Positions 19,610 to 27,547 are shown, numbered from the stretch's first letter. The stretch: DNA of 32,000 nt from Geotalea daltonii FRC-32 (GCF_000022265.1 NC_011979.1:3390001-3422000), one strand, 5' to 3'. Translations and numbers: made by a program. Notes: generated by a model not told the origin, from the letters alone.

Positions 19610-20209
19610 TCAGGCAGGTTTGGTCTGGGCCAGGAATGCCACAATGCCATTCAGGGTCATTTCTACGGCAATGGTAGTAAGGATCATCCCCATTAGGCGT
19701 TCTATGGCAATTACCCCCCTTTCACCAAGCAGGCGCTCAAGCTCCGTGCACATGATGAGGATCGAGCCGGTGACAACCCAGGCGAAAAGTAACGCCAGAA
19801 GCCACTCCTTCCAGCGGTGGGGTTCCCTGCTCATGATCAGGGTGACGGTAATGAGGGCCGAGGGTCCGGACACATAAGGTATTGCCAGGGGCACGATCAG
19901 CGGCTCATTGCCAACTACATTTTCCATGAATTCGTCTTTGGAGGGAAATATCATCTTGATGGCGATGAGGAGCAGGATGATACCACCTGCTATGGTCAAT
20001 GACGGACCGGAAATGCTGAGCATCTTAAGGATTTTTGTTCCCTGGAACATGAACAGGATCATTAATGCCAGGGCGATCAGCAGTTCTCTCAGTATTACCT
20101 TCTTTTTCCGATGTTCGGGGACGTTCTTCAGGGCCGAGATAAAGAACGGGATGCCTCCCAGAGGGTCCATCACAAGGAGCAGGAGTATGACAGCGGCATA
20201 AAAGGTCAT
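19610..20209 (-). CDS. MarC-family (UPF0056) integral membrane protein
   Basis: MTFYAAVILLLLVMDPLGGIPFFISA... is a typical MarC N-terminus. GGAGG RBS. The 71-aa track extension is translated repeat DNA. Confidence 0.85.
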   Translation of the reverse strand: MTFYAAVILLLLVMDPLGGIPFFISALKNVPEHRKKKVILRELLIALALMILFMFQGTKILKMLSISGPSLTIAGGIILLLIAIKMIFPSKDEFMENVVGNEPLIVPLAIPYVSGPSALITVTLIMSREPHRWKEWLLALLFAWVVTGSILIMCTELERLLGERGVIAIERLMGMILTTIAVEMTLNGIVAFLAQTKPA

Positions 20210-20263
20210 GCATACCTCCGGGCAAAACGCCCAAAAAGCACCCTTTCCGGATGCGAAACTATT

Positions 20264-20446
20264 TAGTTTCCATCCTGACTCCGGATGAGAAACTAGTGGT
20301 TTCCGATTCGGAAAGAGGGGATTTTTTGTTCTGGCAAGGAAATCAAGGGCTTGCGCGGAGACGTACATCGGTACGTCGCACAAGTAAGCCCGCAGATTGA
20401 CGCCGCCAGGGCAGAAAAGCACCCTTTCCGGATGCGAAACTATTTA
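20264..20446 (+). repeat. MITE-like ~184-bp intergenic repeat, copy 1 (preceded by an extra 32-bp duplicate of its right end at 20235-20266)
   Basis: Near-identical to 23145-23328. Imperfect terminal inverted repeats TAGTTTCCATCC.. / ..GGATG(C)GAAACTA. Internal nested hairpin GGGCTT..GACGTAC-atcg-GTACGTC..AAGCCC. Confidence 0.8.
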
Positions 20447-20527
20447 ACAACATGGGGCAGGAATGTCAATCGGCAAGGGGCAAGGAAGAAACAACAGCAG
20501 GGGAAAAACGTAAAAAATTTTCTTGGG

Positions 20528-20556
20528 TTAGCTTTTTTTTACTTCTGGGATATAAT
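20528..20556 (+). promoter_or_regulatory. candidate sigma70 promoter upstream of the OmpA-like gene
   Basis: TTAGCT, 17-nt spacer, TATAAT (20551-20556). This would give a ~230-nt leader. Confidence 0.35.
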
Positions 20557-20786
20557 TATTAACGACAATTAATTGGCCAGCTGAACGATTCCTATAAATG
20601 CCCCGTGAGAAAGCATTTGGCCACATACTAGATGCGGCCGCATCTCTTCTGCAGCAGCTTTTCCTGTTGCAACAAGACCTACGTATAACTAATTGCAGTC
20701 ATAACTCCGTTTGAACACCATGAACGGTTGCCAGTCTCCCTTTGTGTCCATGGCAATCGAAACCAAAACCATCAAAGGAGGTAGCC

Positions 20787-21836
20787 ATGCGCATGATCAG
20801 AACCGGAAGTACGCTGTTGATTGCTCTAATGGTTTCAGGCTGTGTTTCCATGTCGAAGTACAATGAAAAGGTCCAGGAAGTGGCAATGCTCAGGGGAGAT
20901 ATCACCACTCTTGAGGAAAATTTGGCCAAGTCGGAGGTTGCAGGTAAGGCCCTGCAAGGGGAGCTGCAGAAAAACAGGGAAAATCTGGCAAGGTTGGAGC
21001 AGGAGCATGAAAATCTGAAAGCAGAATATGTGGCCCTGACTGCGGAGAAAGAAAATGCCAACTTGGCTATGGGAGACAGGAGGCATGAGTTTTCCAGCGA
21101 TATGGAGGCGCTCACAGCCAAGTTGAATGAATCTGAGACAAGGGTCAAAGAGCTCACCACATTGCTCCTGGCCCAGGAAGAAGCGGCGAAAAAGGTTCCC
21201 GAACTGCAGGCTGCGGTGGCAGACCGCGAAGAAAGAATCAGTAATCTCAATGCCACCCTCCGCTCACTGAAAAGCAATCTTATCCAGATCAGGACGGATG
21301 TGGTTCAGCTGGCGAAGAAGAGGTCGGGCAGCGAAGAAAAGGAAAATGCCTACGCTGCATTCCGTCGGGACTTCAGCGATCAGATCGGCAAAGGAGAAAT
21401 CCTGGTAACCGAATATCCCGACAAACTGATCGTTACCATGCCCGAGCAGGTGCTTTTCAGGTCGGGAAGCGCCACCATCAACAAGGGGGGCAAAAAGGCA
21501 CTGGAGCGGGTGGCGAGTATTCTGAAAAAGGTTAAAAACAATCGCATCCGTATCGAAGGCCACACGGACAGTACTCCCATAAAAAGTAAACACCGGTATG
21601 CCAGCAACTGGGATCTATCCGCAGCCCGAGCTGCCAGCGTAGTCAGGCATTTGCAGAAAAAAGGCGCGGTAAACCCTGAATTTTTGACTCTGGCTGGGTA
21701 TGGCCCCTATGCTCCGGCGGCTGCCAACAATACCAGCAGGGGGAGAAGTCTGAACCGCCGCATTGAAATTGCCCTTATCCCCATCGATACAACCGTCACC
21801 GCAGAAACAAACAAGGAAAAGCTGGCCCTGCGGTAG
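20787..21836 (+). CDS. OmpA/MotB-family lipoprotein with a long coiled-coil
   Basis: AAGGAGG RBS. Lipobox LMVSGC. Heptad-rich E/K/L region. C-terminal OmpA_C motifs (IEGHTDS..., NWDLSAARAASV, NRRIEI). Confidence 0.85.
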   Translation: MRMIRTGSTLLIALMVSGCVSMSKYNEKVQEVAMLRGDITTLEENLAKSEVAGKALQGELQKNRENLARLEQEHENLKAEYVALTAEKENANLAMGDRRHEFSSDMEALTAKLNESETRVKELTTLLLAQEEAAKKVPELQAAVADREERISNLNATLRSLKSNLIQIRTDVVQLAKKRSGSEEKENAYAAFRRDFSDQIGKGEILVTEYPDKLIVTMPEQVLFRSGSATINKGGKKALERVASILKKVKNNRIRIEGHTDSTPIKSKHRYASNWDLSAARAASVVRHLQKKGAVNPEFLTLAGYGPYAPAAANNTSRGRSLNRRIEIALIPIDTTVTAETNKEKLALR

Positions 21837-21847
21837 CGTCAGGTCAC

Positions 21848-21887
21848 AAAAAAGGGCTGCTTCCAATGGATGCAGCCCTTTCAAAAA
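21848..21887. terminator. bidirectional terminator between convergent genes
   Basis: AAAAAAGGGCTGC-ttccaatggat-GCAGCCCTTT. The T-run is on the minus strand, which serves the histidine kinase gene. Confidence 0.6.
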
Positions 21888-21914
21888 ATAAACGAAAATA
21901 CCCTGTCAGTTTTC

Positions 21915-23093
21915 CTATTCAAGCGTGAAATAGAAAGTAGCTCCGGTTCCCACGCTTCCTTCCGCCCAAATACGGCCGCCATGACCGTTTATGATGCGTT
22001 TGACCGTCGCAAGCCCGATGCCGAACCCCTGGTATGTCTTGGCATTGGCCAGGCGTTGAAACGGAGTGAAAATTTTATCGCTCTGGGCCATCTCGAAGCC
22101 GACCCCATTGTCGCATATGAAGTAGGCAACCTTGCCGTTACTCTCTGTAACGCCGAAGATGATCAAAGCGTCATCTTTTTGGGCACTGTATTTCCAGGCA
22201 TTACCGATGAGATTTTCCAGCGCCACCCTGAGCAGGTCTGCATCACCGTCGACCACTACCCCCTCGGCAATATGAAAATTGACGCTGCGTCCAGGCTCCG
22301 TCAATTTCAGTTCCAGGGCAACCGTCGTCACCAGGTCGCTGAGGGAGACCCGTTCCCTTTTGACCTCCTTTTTTGTCAGCATCGACAGCTCGAGGATGGT
22401 GTCGATCAGCTTGTTCATCCGCTCGGCACCGGCATGAATCTCCTGCAGGTAATCCCTGCACGGCCGGTAACTCATTTCGTTGCATTGTTCGAGGACCACA
22501 TCGGTATATCCCATGATCCTGGTCAGCGGTTTGCGCAGATCATGTGAAACCGTGTAGCTGAAGGCCTCCAGTTCACGGTTGGCTGCTTCCAGTTCAGCGG
22601 CGTGGGCAGCAACATTTTCATGAAGCAGTTCGATCTCCGCCGAGGTCGTCTTCCGGTGGGAGATGTCCTCCTGGACCGTCACCCAATAGGATTTTCCGGA
22701 AGTATCCATTGCTGTGATGCGTGCATGAGTCTGAAGCTTCGTGCCGTCCTTCCGGCGATTGGGGAACTCTCCACTCCACTCACCCACCGTTCTGAGGGAT
22801 CCGGAAATATCCCTGAAGATTCTTCCGTTTTCTTCATCTGAACAGTCGTTGAGAACGGTGATATGTTGCCCTTGCAGGTCAGCGGAATTGTAACCGAACA
22901 TTTTGTTAAACGCCGGGTTGGTCAGGACAATAAAGCCGTTTTCGTCACAGACGCTCACCCCCTCCGCCATCTTTTCAAGCACCAGGGAGTGCATCATCAG
23001 GGTGCTGAGGGTCTTCTCGTCAACATCAAGTGTTTTTATATCTAATTGCAGCATGAAGGTCCCGTTGGGCTGTAAGGTTGTTGCCGTCCTCAA
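21915..23093 (-). CDS. PAS sensor histidine kinase
   Basis: PAS domain. HisKA H-box FSYTVSHDLRKPL. HATPase_c N/G boxes (NLIGNAWKY, DNGVGF, GFGIGLATV). Confidence 0.9.
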   Translation of the reverse strand: MRTATTLQPNGTFMLQLDIKTLDVDEKTLSTLMMHSLVLEKMAEGVSVCDENGFIVLTNPAFNKMFGYNSADLQGQHITVLNDCSDEENGRIFRDISGSLRTVGEWSGEFPNRRKDGTKLQTHARITAMDTSGKSYWVTVQEDISHRKTTSAEIELLHENVAAHAAELEAANRELEAFSYTVSHDLRKPLTRIMGYTDVVLEQCNEMSYRPCRDYLQEIHAGAERMNKLIDTILELSMLTKKEVKRERVSLSDLVTTVALELKLTEPGRSVNFHIAEGVVVDGDADLLRVALENLIGNAWKYSAQKDDALIIFGVTESNGKVAYFICDNGVGFEMAQSDKIFTPFQRLANAKTYQGFGIGLATVKRIINGHGGRIWAEGSVGTGATFYFTLE

Positions 23094-23144
23094 ATTTCTT
23101 CCCAGTTATGCAAATTCGTTTTTCACGACATGGGGCATAGTAGT

Positions 23145-23328
23145 TAGTTTCCATCCGGAAACTCCGGATGAGAAACTAGTGGTTTCCGATTCGGAAAGAG
23201 GGGATTTTTTGTTCTGGCAAGAAAATCAAGGGCTTGCGCGGAGACGTACATCGGTACGTCGCACAAGTAAGCCCGCAGATTGACGCCGCCAGGGCAGAAA
23301 AGAACCCTTTCCGGATGGAAACTAGTTA
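23145..23328 (+). repeat. MITE-like ~184-bp intergenic repeat, copy 2
   Basis: Same orientation and near-identical to 20264-20446. Terminal inverted repeat TAGTTTCCATCCGG / CCGGATGGAAACTA. Confidence 0.8.
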
Positions 23329-23420
23329 GCGAGTATAGCAATAAAAGTACCATATTAAGAGGGGAAGTCGGCATAGGTTTTAATATATCTGGGATAAAAG
23401 TAAGTTATTTTCAACATCAA

Positions 23421-24464
23421 CTAATGAAGATGTCGATGGTGGATGTCGGGCCAGTGGGTATGTGCATGGGTTACCGGCTCGTGTACGTGAAAATGGTCAT
23501 GATTCTCTTTATTCTCGTCCGTGTCGTGCTCATGGGCATGGTGCTCGTCATGCTCATGGGGATGGGAATGGGCAAGCCGTTCATGCCGATGCACATGCCC
23601 ATGCCGTTCGCCAAAGAGTAAAAACATTCCCGAAAGCATGACCAGCGCCGCCACCCAGTACTCCCCCGGAGGACGCTCTCCGAGAACGATGACCGAAAGG
23701 ATGGTGCCGATGAACGGCCCCGAGGCAAACCAGGTGCTGGTTCTCGCCGCCCCGATCTCTCTCAGTGCCTGGACGAATAGGACAAGGCTTGCCCCATAGC
23801 TGAGCGCCCCGACAGCAAGCGCTCCTGTGACCTGAAATACCGTGACAGGACCTGTGAAAAAGAAAAGGGAGAGAAGGACGTTGAAGATCCCCGCGCTCCA
23901 CCCCTTCATGCAAGCCAGCAGGGAAGCAGGAATCGACTCCAGCTCCCGGGTGAGATTATTGTCGATTCCCCACAGGAGGCAGGCCGCTAGAACGGAAAGT
24001 CCGGGAATCGACAACTGTACCTCTTTGCTGCCGGTGAAAATCATCAAAATCGAAGCGCCGATGATGAGCGCCTTGCCAATCCAGACCCGATAACCGATCT
24101 GCTCGTGGAAGATCAGCCACGCCAGCAGAGTAGTTGCAACGGTCTCGAAATTGAGCAGCAGCGACACCTCGCTTGCCGTGCCGTAACGGATACCATAGGC
24201 CAGGAAAAGGGGGGCGGCCACCCCGCCGGACAGAATCGCGCCGGCAAGAAATGCCTTCTGCCGCCAGGAAAGAGAACCGAGAATATGAAAAACATCGGCC
24301 TTTTGCCGCAAGACCACACCGGTCAGTCCCAGGCCCGAGCCCAGATAGAGCAGTCCGGCAAGGAGCGCCGGCGGCATCTGCCCGACGATGGCCTTGCAGG
24401 CAACCGGAGACATGCCGAAGAGAATTGCAGAAAGAATTGCCAGGTAGAGACCTTTTTTATGCAT
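23421..24464 (-). CDS. EamA/DMT-family transporter with a histidine-rich C-terminal tail
   Basis: 10-TM, two-EamA-repeat architecture. The last ~60 aa contain more than 20 His (HGHVHRHERLAHSHPHEHDEHHAHEHD...HHRHLH). Confidence 0.85.
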   Translation of the reverse strand: MHKKGLYLAILSAILFGMSPVACKAIVGQMPPALLAGLLYLGSGLGLTGVVLRQKADVFHILGSLSWRQKAFLAGAILSGGVAAPLFLAYGIRYGTASEVSLLLNFETVATTLLAWLIFHEQIGYRVWIGKALIIGASILMIFTGSKEVQLSIPGLSVLAACLLWGIDNNLTRELESIPASLLACMKGWSAGIFNVLLSLFFFTGPVTVFQVTGALAVGALSYGASLVLFVQALREIGAARTSTWFASGPFIGTILSVIVLGERPPGEYWVAALVMLSGMFLLFGERHGHVHRHERLAHSHPHEHDEHHAHEHDTDENKENHDHFHVHEPVTHAHTHWPDIHHRHLH

Positions 24465-24472
24465 GGCTCGGG

Positions 24473-24997
24473 CTATTTATCATCAAATCCTTCTCTTTTC
24501 AGTCTGGACTCCAGACGTGGAATAATTTGGGGGGCAATTCCCTCACCCCATGCTTGCCCCACCTGCATGCATTCGCCCATCACTGCAGGCATTGCTTGTA
24601 TGCTCTTTTTGCCCAGTGGGGTGCTATAAAAAGCAATGAGACCGTTGATCTCGGCTTGAGTGAAATGCTTTGCATATACTGGAACAATCTCTGTCATAAG
24701 TTTCGGCATTTCCTCTGCAAAGACCTGACTTATTTCATCCTTGATGGACGCCACGGCCTTAGGCGGCATATCGGGGGTATTCTTGCCCATAGAATCGATA
24801 ATCTGGTTCGTGACCGCTACCCCCATTTGAAGACCAAGGGCTTCGGCCCCCGTCATTTTCAGCAGTCTGATTATATCGCTTCTGAACTCCTTTGATATCT
24901 CCTCAGCACATGCGCTCCGGACCTGCAGCAACACGAAAACAAAAATAACCATCATACAGCTGAAGCCTTTTCTCATTGCACCTGTTTGCGTGAACAT
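24473..24997 (-). CDS. DUF2059-domain periplasmic protein
   Basis: Signal peptide. YAKHFTQAEINGLIAFYSTPLGKK motif typical of DUF2059. AAGGAG RBS. Confidence 0.7.
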   Translation of the reverse strand: MFTQTGAMRKGFSCMMVIFVFVLLQVRSACAEEISKEFRSDIIRLLKMTGAEALGLQMGVAVTNQIIDSMGKNTPDMPPKAVASIKDEISQVFAEEMPKLMTEIVPVYAKHFTQAEINGLIAFYSTPLGKKSIQAMPAVMGECMQVGQAWGEGIAPQIIPRLESRLKREGFDDK

Positions 24998-25012
24998 CGG
25001 TTCTCCTTTTTG

Positions 25013-25600
25013 TTAATTCTCTTTTCGGCGTACCAGCTCCTCCTTCATCCGCGCAGCCATTTTTACTTCGATTTCTTTGCCGAAGGCGGCAAGTCTCGCC
25101 TCTATTGCAGGCATGGCACGGGCAAATGCAAGAAATGCCGGGGTTTTCTCAAAGCGCTTGGCTATGGCTTCTTCGGTCTGAGTAAACTTTAGAGGTCTTG
25201 CTTTACCAGTGGTCAACAACTGCACTTGGGTATCGACAAACCTGCGTCCTATCGGTCCTTCCCAATGCTCGGAGAGCTGTCGGCATGTCTCCATATCGAA
25301 TTGACTCGCCATAAACTCCCTGAACTCATGGCCGATGTACTCTTTATCGATAAAGGGCTCCACGACAGCAGCCATCAAATCTGCTGTGGCCGGATCACTG
25401 GTGCGCATCTGCTGCAAGACTTTTCTGGTTGGAATGGTCAGTGACTCGTACATCCCCATGGCATATACAAGATGTTCAGCCGCTTCCAGGTGAGCAGTGG
25501 AAAATTCGTTCCCGTTTTCGGCTGTGGCCAAGTGCGGCAGCAGCAGACCGACCATCAGGGTGATAAAAACCATCCACTTACGGTTAAAAGTCAAAAACAT
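25013..25600 (-). CDS. DUF2059-like periplasmic protein (paralog of the downstream gene)
   Basis: Start at the ATG behind AAGGAGAC. Signal peptide MFLTFNRKWMVFITLMVGLLLPHLATA. Similar layout to 24473-24997. The track extension crosses repeat DNA and was rejected. Confidence 0.6.
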   Translation of the reverse strand: MFLTFNRKWMVFITLMVGLLLPHLATAENGNEFSTAHLEAAEHLVYAMGMYESLTIPTRKVLQQMRTSDPATADLMAAVVEPFIDKEYIGHEFREFMASQFDMETCRQLSEHWEGPIGRRFVDTQVQLLTTGKARPLKFTQTEEAIAKRFEKTPAFLAFARAMPAIEARLAAFGKEIEVKMAARMKEELVRRKEN

Positions 25601-25723
25601 GTTTTGTCTCCTTGAGGTCATGGGTGCTAACGGAAGAATTCGACTACAGACTGCTGTGAATAAATTGGGGGTCCACGATGTCATAGCACTAAAATGTGTC
25701 CACGATGTCGTGGCACTCATCAG

Positions 25724-26113
25724 TTAGGGTTTATATCCGCCAATGTTATGCCTTGATTCAATTTTTGTAGTCCCTATTACTTCTGTGACTTTGTTGCCAG
25801 CCTCCATGTACCCTTCTCCGCCCGCAATCCGACTGCCGTCGGCAAAATTAACTATGAGTCCATAGCTTGATTCAGCAGGTGCAGACATACGGAATGTCTT
25901 TGATGTACCTGCCGTAGGGCCTTGAATCTGATGTCGTATTTTTTCATCCCTGCCGAATTTCTGAATGATCTCTATGGACTCTATTTTCTTTCCTGAATTA
26001 TTTACAAAATCAATTACCACCATGGGCGAGCCAGCATGGAATATGGAAGCAATTAATACTCCGGCTAGAAAAACTACGATGAAAGCAAAGATGAGAAGTA
26101 TTCTTTTTGACAT
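25724..26113 (-). CDS. small exported or membrane-anchored hypothetical protein (distal cassette)
   Basis: 129 aa, with an N-terminal hydrophobic anchor and a beta-rich remainder. AT-rich codon usage. Preceded by an attC-like site. Confidence 0.55.
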   Translation of the reverse strand: MSKRILLIFAFIVVFLAGVLIASIFHAGSPMVVIDFVNNSGKKIESIEIIQKFGRDEKIRHQIQGPTAGTSKTFRMSAPAESSYGLIVNFADGSRIAGGEGYMEAGNKVTEVIGTTKIESRHNIGGYKP

Positions 26114-26123
26114 TTGTTGATTG

Positions 26124-26188
26124 TCCTAACGTGGTAGGGGCGCACAGGCGGAGCGCAGCGAAGACCGTGTGCCGCCGCCTTGTTGGAA
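26124..26188 (-). repeat. attC-like recombination site (65 nt)
   Basis: Coding-strand read: TTCCAAC-AAGGC-GGCGGCACACGG-(16 nt)-CCTGTGCGCC-CCTACCAC-GTTAGGA. The 10-bp stem has two extrahelical bases on the 5' arm. It sits between a stop codon and the next start codon. Confidence 0.55.
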
Positions 26189-26196
26189 TCTACTTC

Positions 26197-26886
26197 TCAG
26201 TCGATTCCAAAGTCTTTGATAAAATGTGCGTCCTCGAAATATTCTGATTCAGATATACCAACTATCTCAATTACAATCCTTTTTACGTGTTCCGATATCT
26301 GCTCTTTTGTCCATTTCATTTCATCGGAAGTAATTGCAAACGGAATAAGATCCTTAACTTGTTTAATGTTCGCAGGAATAGTCGTTTTCATAGGTCTTGT
26401 TAAAGATGTACCAATGTAAATAGTAATTACTGCCGAAAAGAAACCAATTATCGGTATGGCAAAAAAACCGGCTATTGGATTAATTGGATTTCGCAACCAT
26501 AGAGTGAAAAACACTGAGGCAGGAATTATAACAATGAGAACTTTCAACCATATCGGCCTTGATAGTTCCGGCCAAGTCCGTGCTTGGACGGCCTTTTTTA
26601 GACTTAACCATTTCTCTTTATCGGGTGGATTTGAGAAAAGCTGATTGATAGGGGCGTCAGGCGTTATTGACTTTCTGTTGTGGCGGAAAGTATTGGAAAT
26701 TGCTCTTCTTATTAAATAAAAAGCTCGCTGTGTTTGGCATATTTTTTCGTCAGTTGTTACGATCTTAGAATAAATGAAGTCACAAACCATGCGTGGCGTT
26801 TCTAGCTTTTCAGCCTCCGCGTCCGACATGCTGACTCCAAACTGCTCCTCAAATGCAATTACAAGTTCTACTCCGTCGAGTCCCAT
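26197..26886 (-). CDS. membrane protein with a split, serine-less acyl-carrier-protein-like fold
   Basis: 229 aa starting at ATG 26886. The N-terminus MGLDGVELVIAFEEQFGVSMSDAEAEKLETPRMVCDFIYSKI resembles ACP helices II-IV with DG in place of DS. There are two central TM helices. The C-terminus ISEHVKRIVIEIVGISESEYFEDAHFIKDFGID resembles ACP helix I. Confidence 0.6.
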   Translation of the reverse strand: MGLDGVELVIAFEEQFGVSMSDAEAEKLETPRMVCDFIYSKIVTTDEKICQTQRAFYLIRRAISNTFRHNRKSITPDAPINQLFSNPPDKEKWLSLKKAVQARTWPELSRPIWLKVLIVIIPASVFFTLWLRNPINPIAGFFAIPIIGFFSAVITIYIGTSLTRPMKTTIPANIKQVKDLIPFAITSDEMKWTKEQISEHVKRIVIEIVGISESEYFEDAHFIKDFGID

Positions 26887-26907
26887 ATCATTTCTCTTTC
26901 CTGTTCT

Positions 26908-26968
26908 TTCCAACGGCCATGGCTTTGACCTGCCGGATTTTTTTGGCAGGTCGTAAGCCTGGTTATGT
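26908..26968 (-). repeat. attC-like recombination site (61 nt)
   Basis: ACATAAC-CAGGC-TTACGACCTGCC-(10 nt)-GGCAGGTCAAAG-CCATGGCC-GTTGGAA. The 5' heptamer overlaps the TAA stop of the upstream ORF. Both arms are identical to the site at 29942-30002. Confidence 0.6.
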
Positions 26969-27547
26969 TTTCCTCTTCGAAAATGGACTAATTCTATTCT
27001 CACTGTTTTCCCGCCAGTGTCTGCGCATCAATTCATCTTTTGGTGTTGAATTAAGTACTTCTAGCTGTTCGGCAGTGAGTTCCTTCTCTATGGTGTTGCA
27101 AAGACCTTCTATTCTTACTCGCAGGTGTTCTTTTACTTTCGCTACGCAGTACTCAATAATCTCAATGTCTATCCAAGTAGGCATTAATATTCTTGTTGTT
27201 TGTCCATCCGGATTCAGGCGCACCTTTCCAGGAATTGGCGCATTTGGAAGGTAAAACAATTGATGTCTATTTGCTTCAATTCCTTGATGAGCATAAAATT
27301 CATTTCTGAGTTCGATTGTAGAATTGTGTTTATCTATGTCTTCCCCAAAAATATCATTAATTTGTCCATCTAGTCGTGTTCTGCCAGTGCTTTCAGTAAA
27401 TGCCTTGGCATAAAGAATAACAATGTAAGAGAGGATGCATTCTGATATTTTCCATGGGACGCAGCCAAATAATGAAACTAGTGTTTCTTTATTATCTTCA
27501 TTCATGCTATTTCTTAATGCCTTTAATGCATCCTCGGCATCGTCCAT
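26963..27547 (-). CDS. hypothetical protein with a HEPN-like Rx5H motif (AbiU2-like?)
   Basis: 194 aa, predicted all-helical. LRNEFYAHQG fits the R-x(4-6)-H HEPN signature. AT-rich cassette context. The assignment rests on the motif only. Confidence 0.5.
   Translation of the reverse strand: MDDAEDALKALRNSMNEDNKETLVSLFGCVPWKISECILSYIVILYAKAFTESTGRTRLDGQINDIFGEDIDKHNSTIELRNEFYAHQGIEANRHQLFYLPNAPIPGKVRLNPDGQTTRILMPTWIDIEIIEYCVAKVKEHLRVRIEGLCNTIEKELTAEQLEVLNSTPKDELMRRHWRENSENRISPFSKRKT

Noticed and set aside
20210-20422. N-terminal 71-aa extension of the MarC ORF, and the 76-aa ORF 23144..23374 that shares an identical peptide
   Set aside because: The shared peptide is a translation of the repeated MITE-like DNA. 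MarC has a proper RBS and a family-typical N-terminus at 20209.
20699-21277. 192-aa Ser/Ala/Leu-rich minus-strand ORF
   Set aside because: It is the antisense translation of the E/K/L-rich coiled-coil region of the OmpA-like gene.
21870-22547. 225-aa plus-strand ORF
   Set aside because: Antisense to the histidine kinase, which has clear H-, N- and G-boxes.
23280-23621. 113-aa Met/Val-rich plus-strand ORF
   Set aside because: It is the reverse-complement reading of the His-codon-rich tail of the EamA gene.
24105-24895. Plus-strand ORFs 24105..24629 and 24173..24895
   Set aside because: Arg/Pro-rich antisense shadows of the EamA and DUF2059 genes.
25625-25729. A fourth attC site downstream of the last cassette (CCCTAAC ... 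GTTAGCA, 105 nt)
   Set aside because: The heptamer-like ends are present, but the interior arms are not complementary and I could not form the R/L-box hairpin. It is reported only as an unexplained repeat region.
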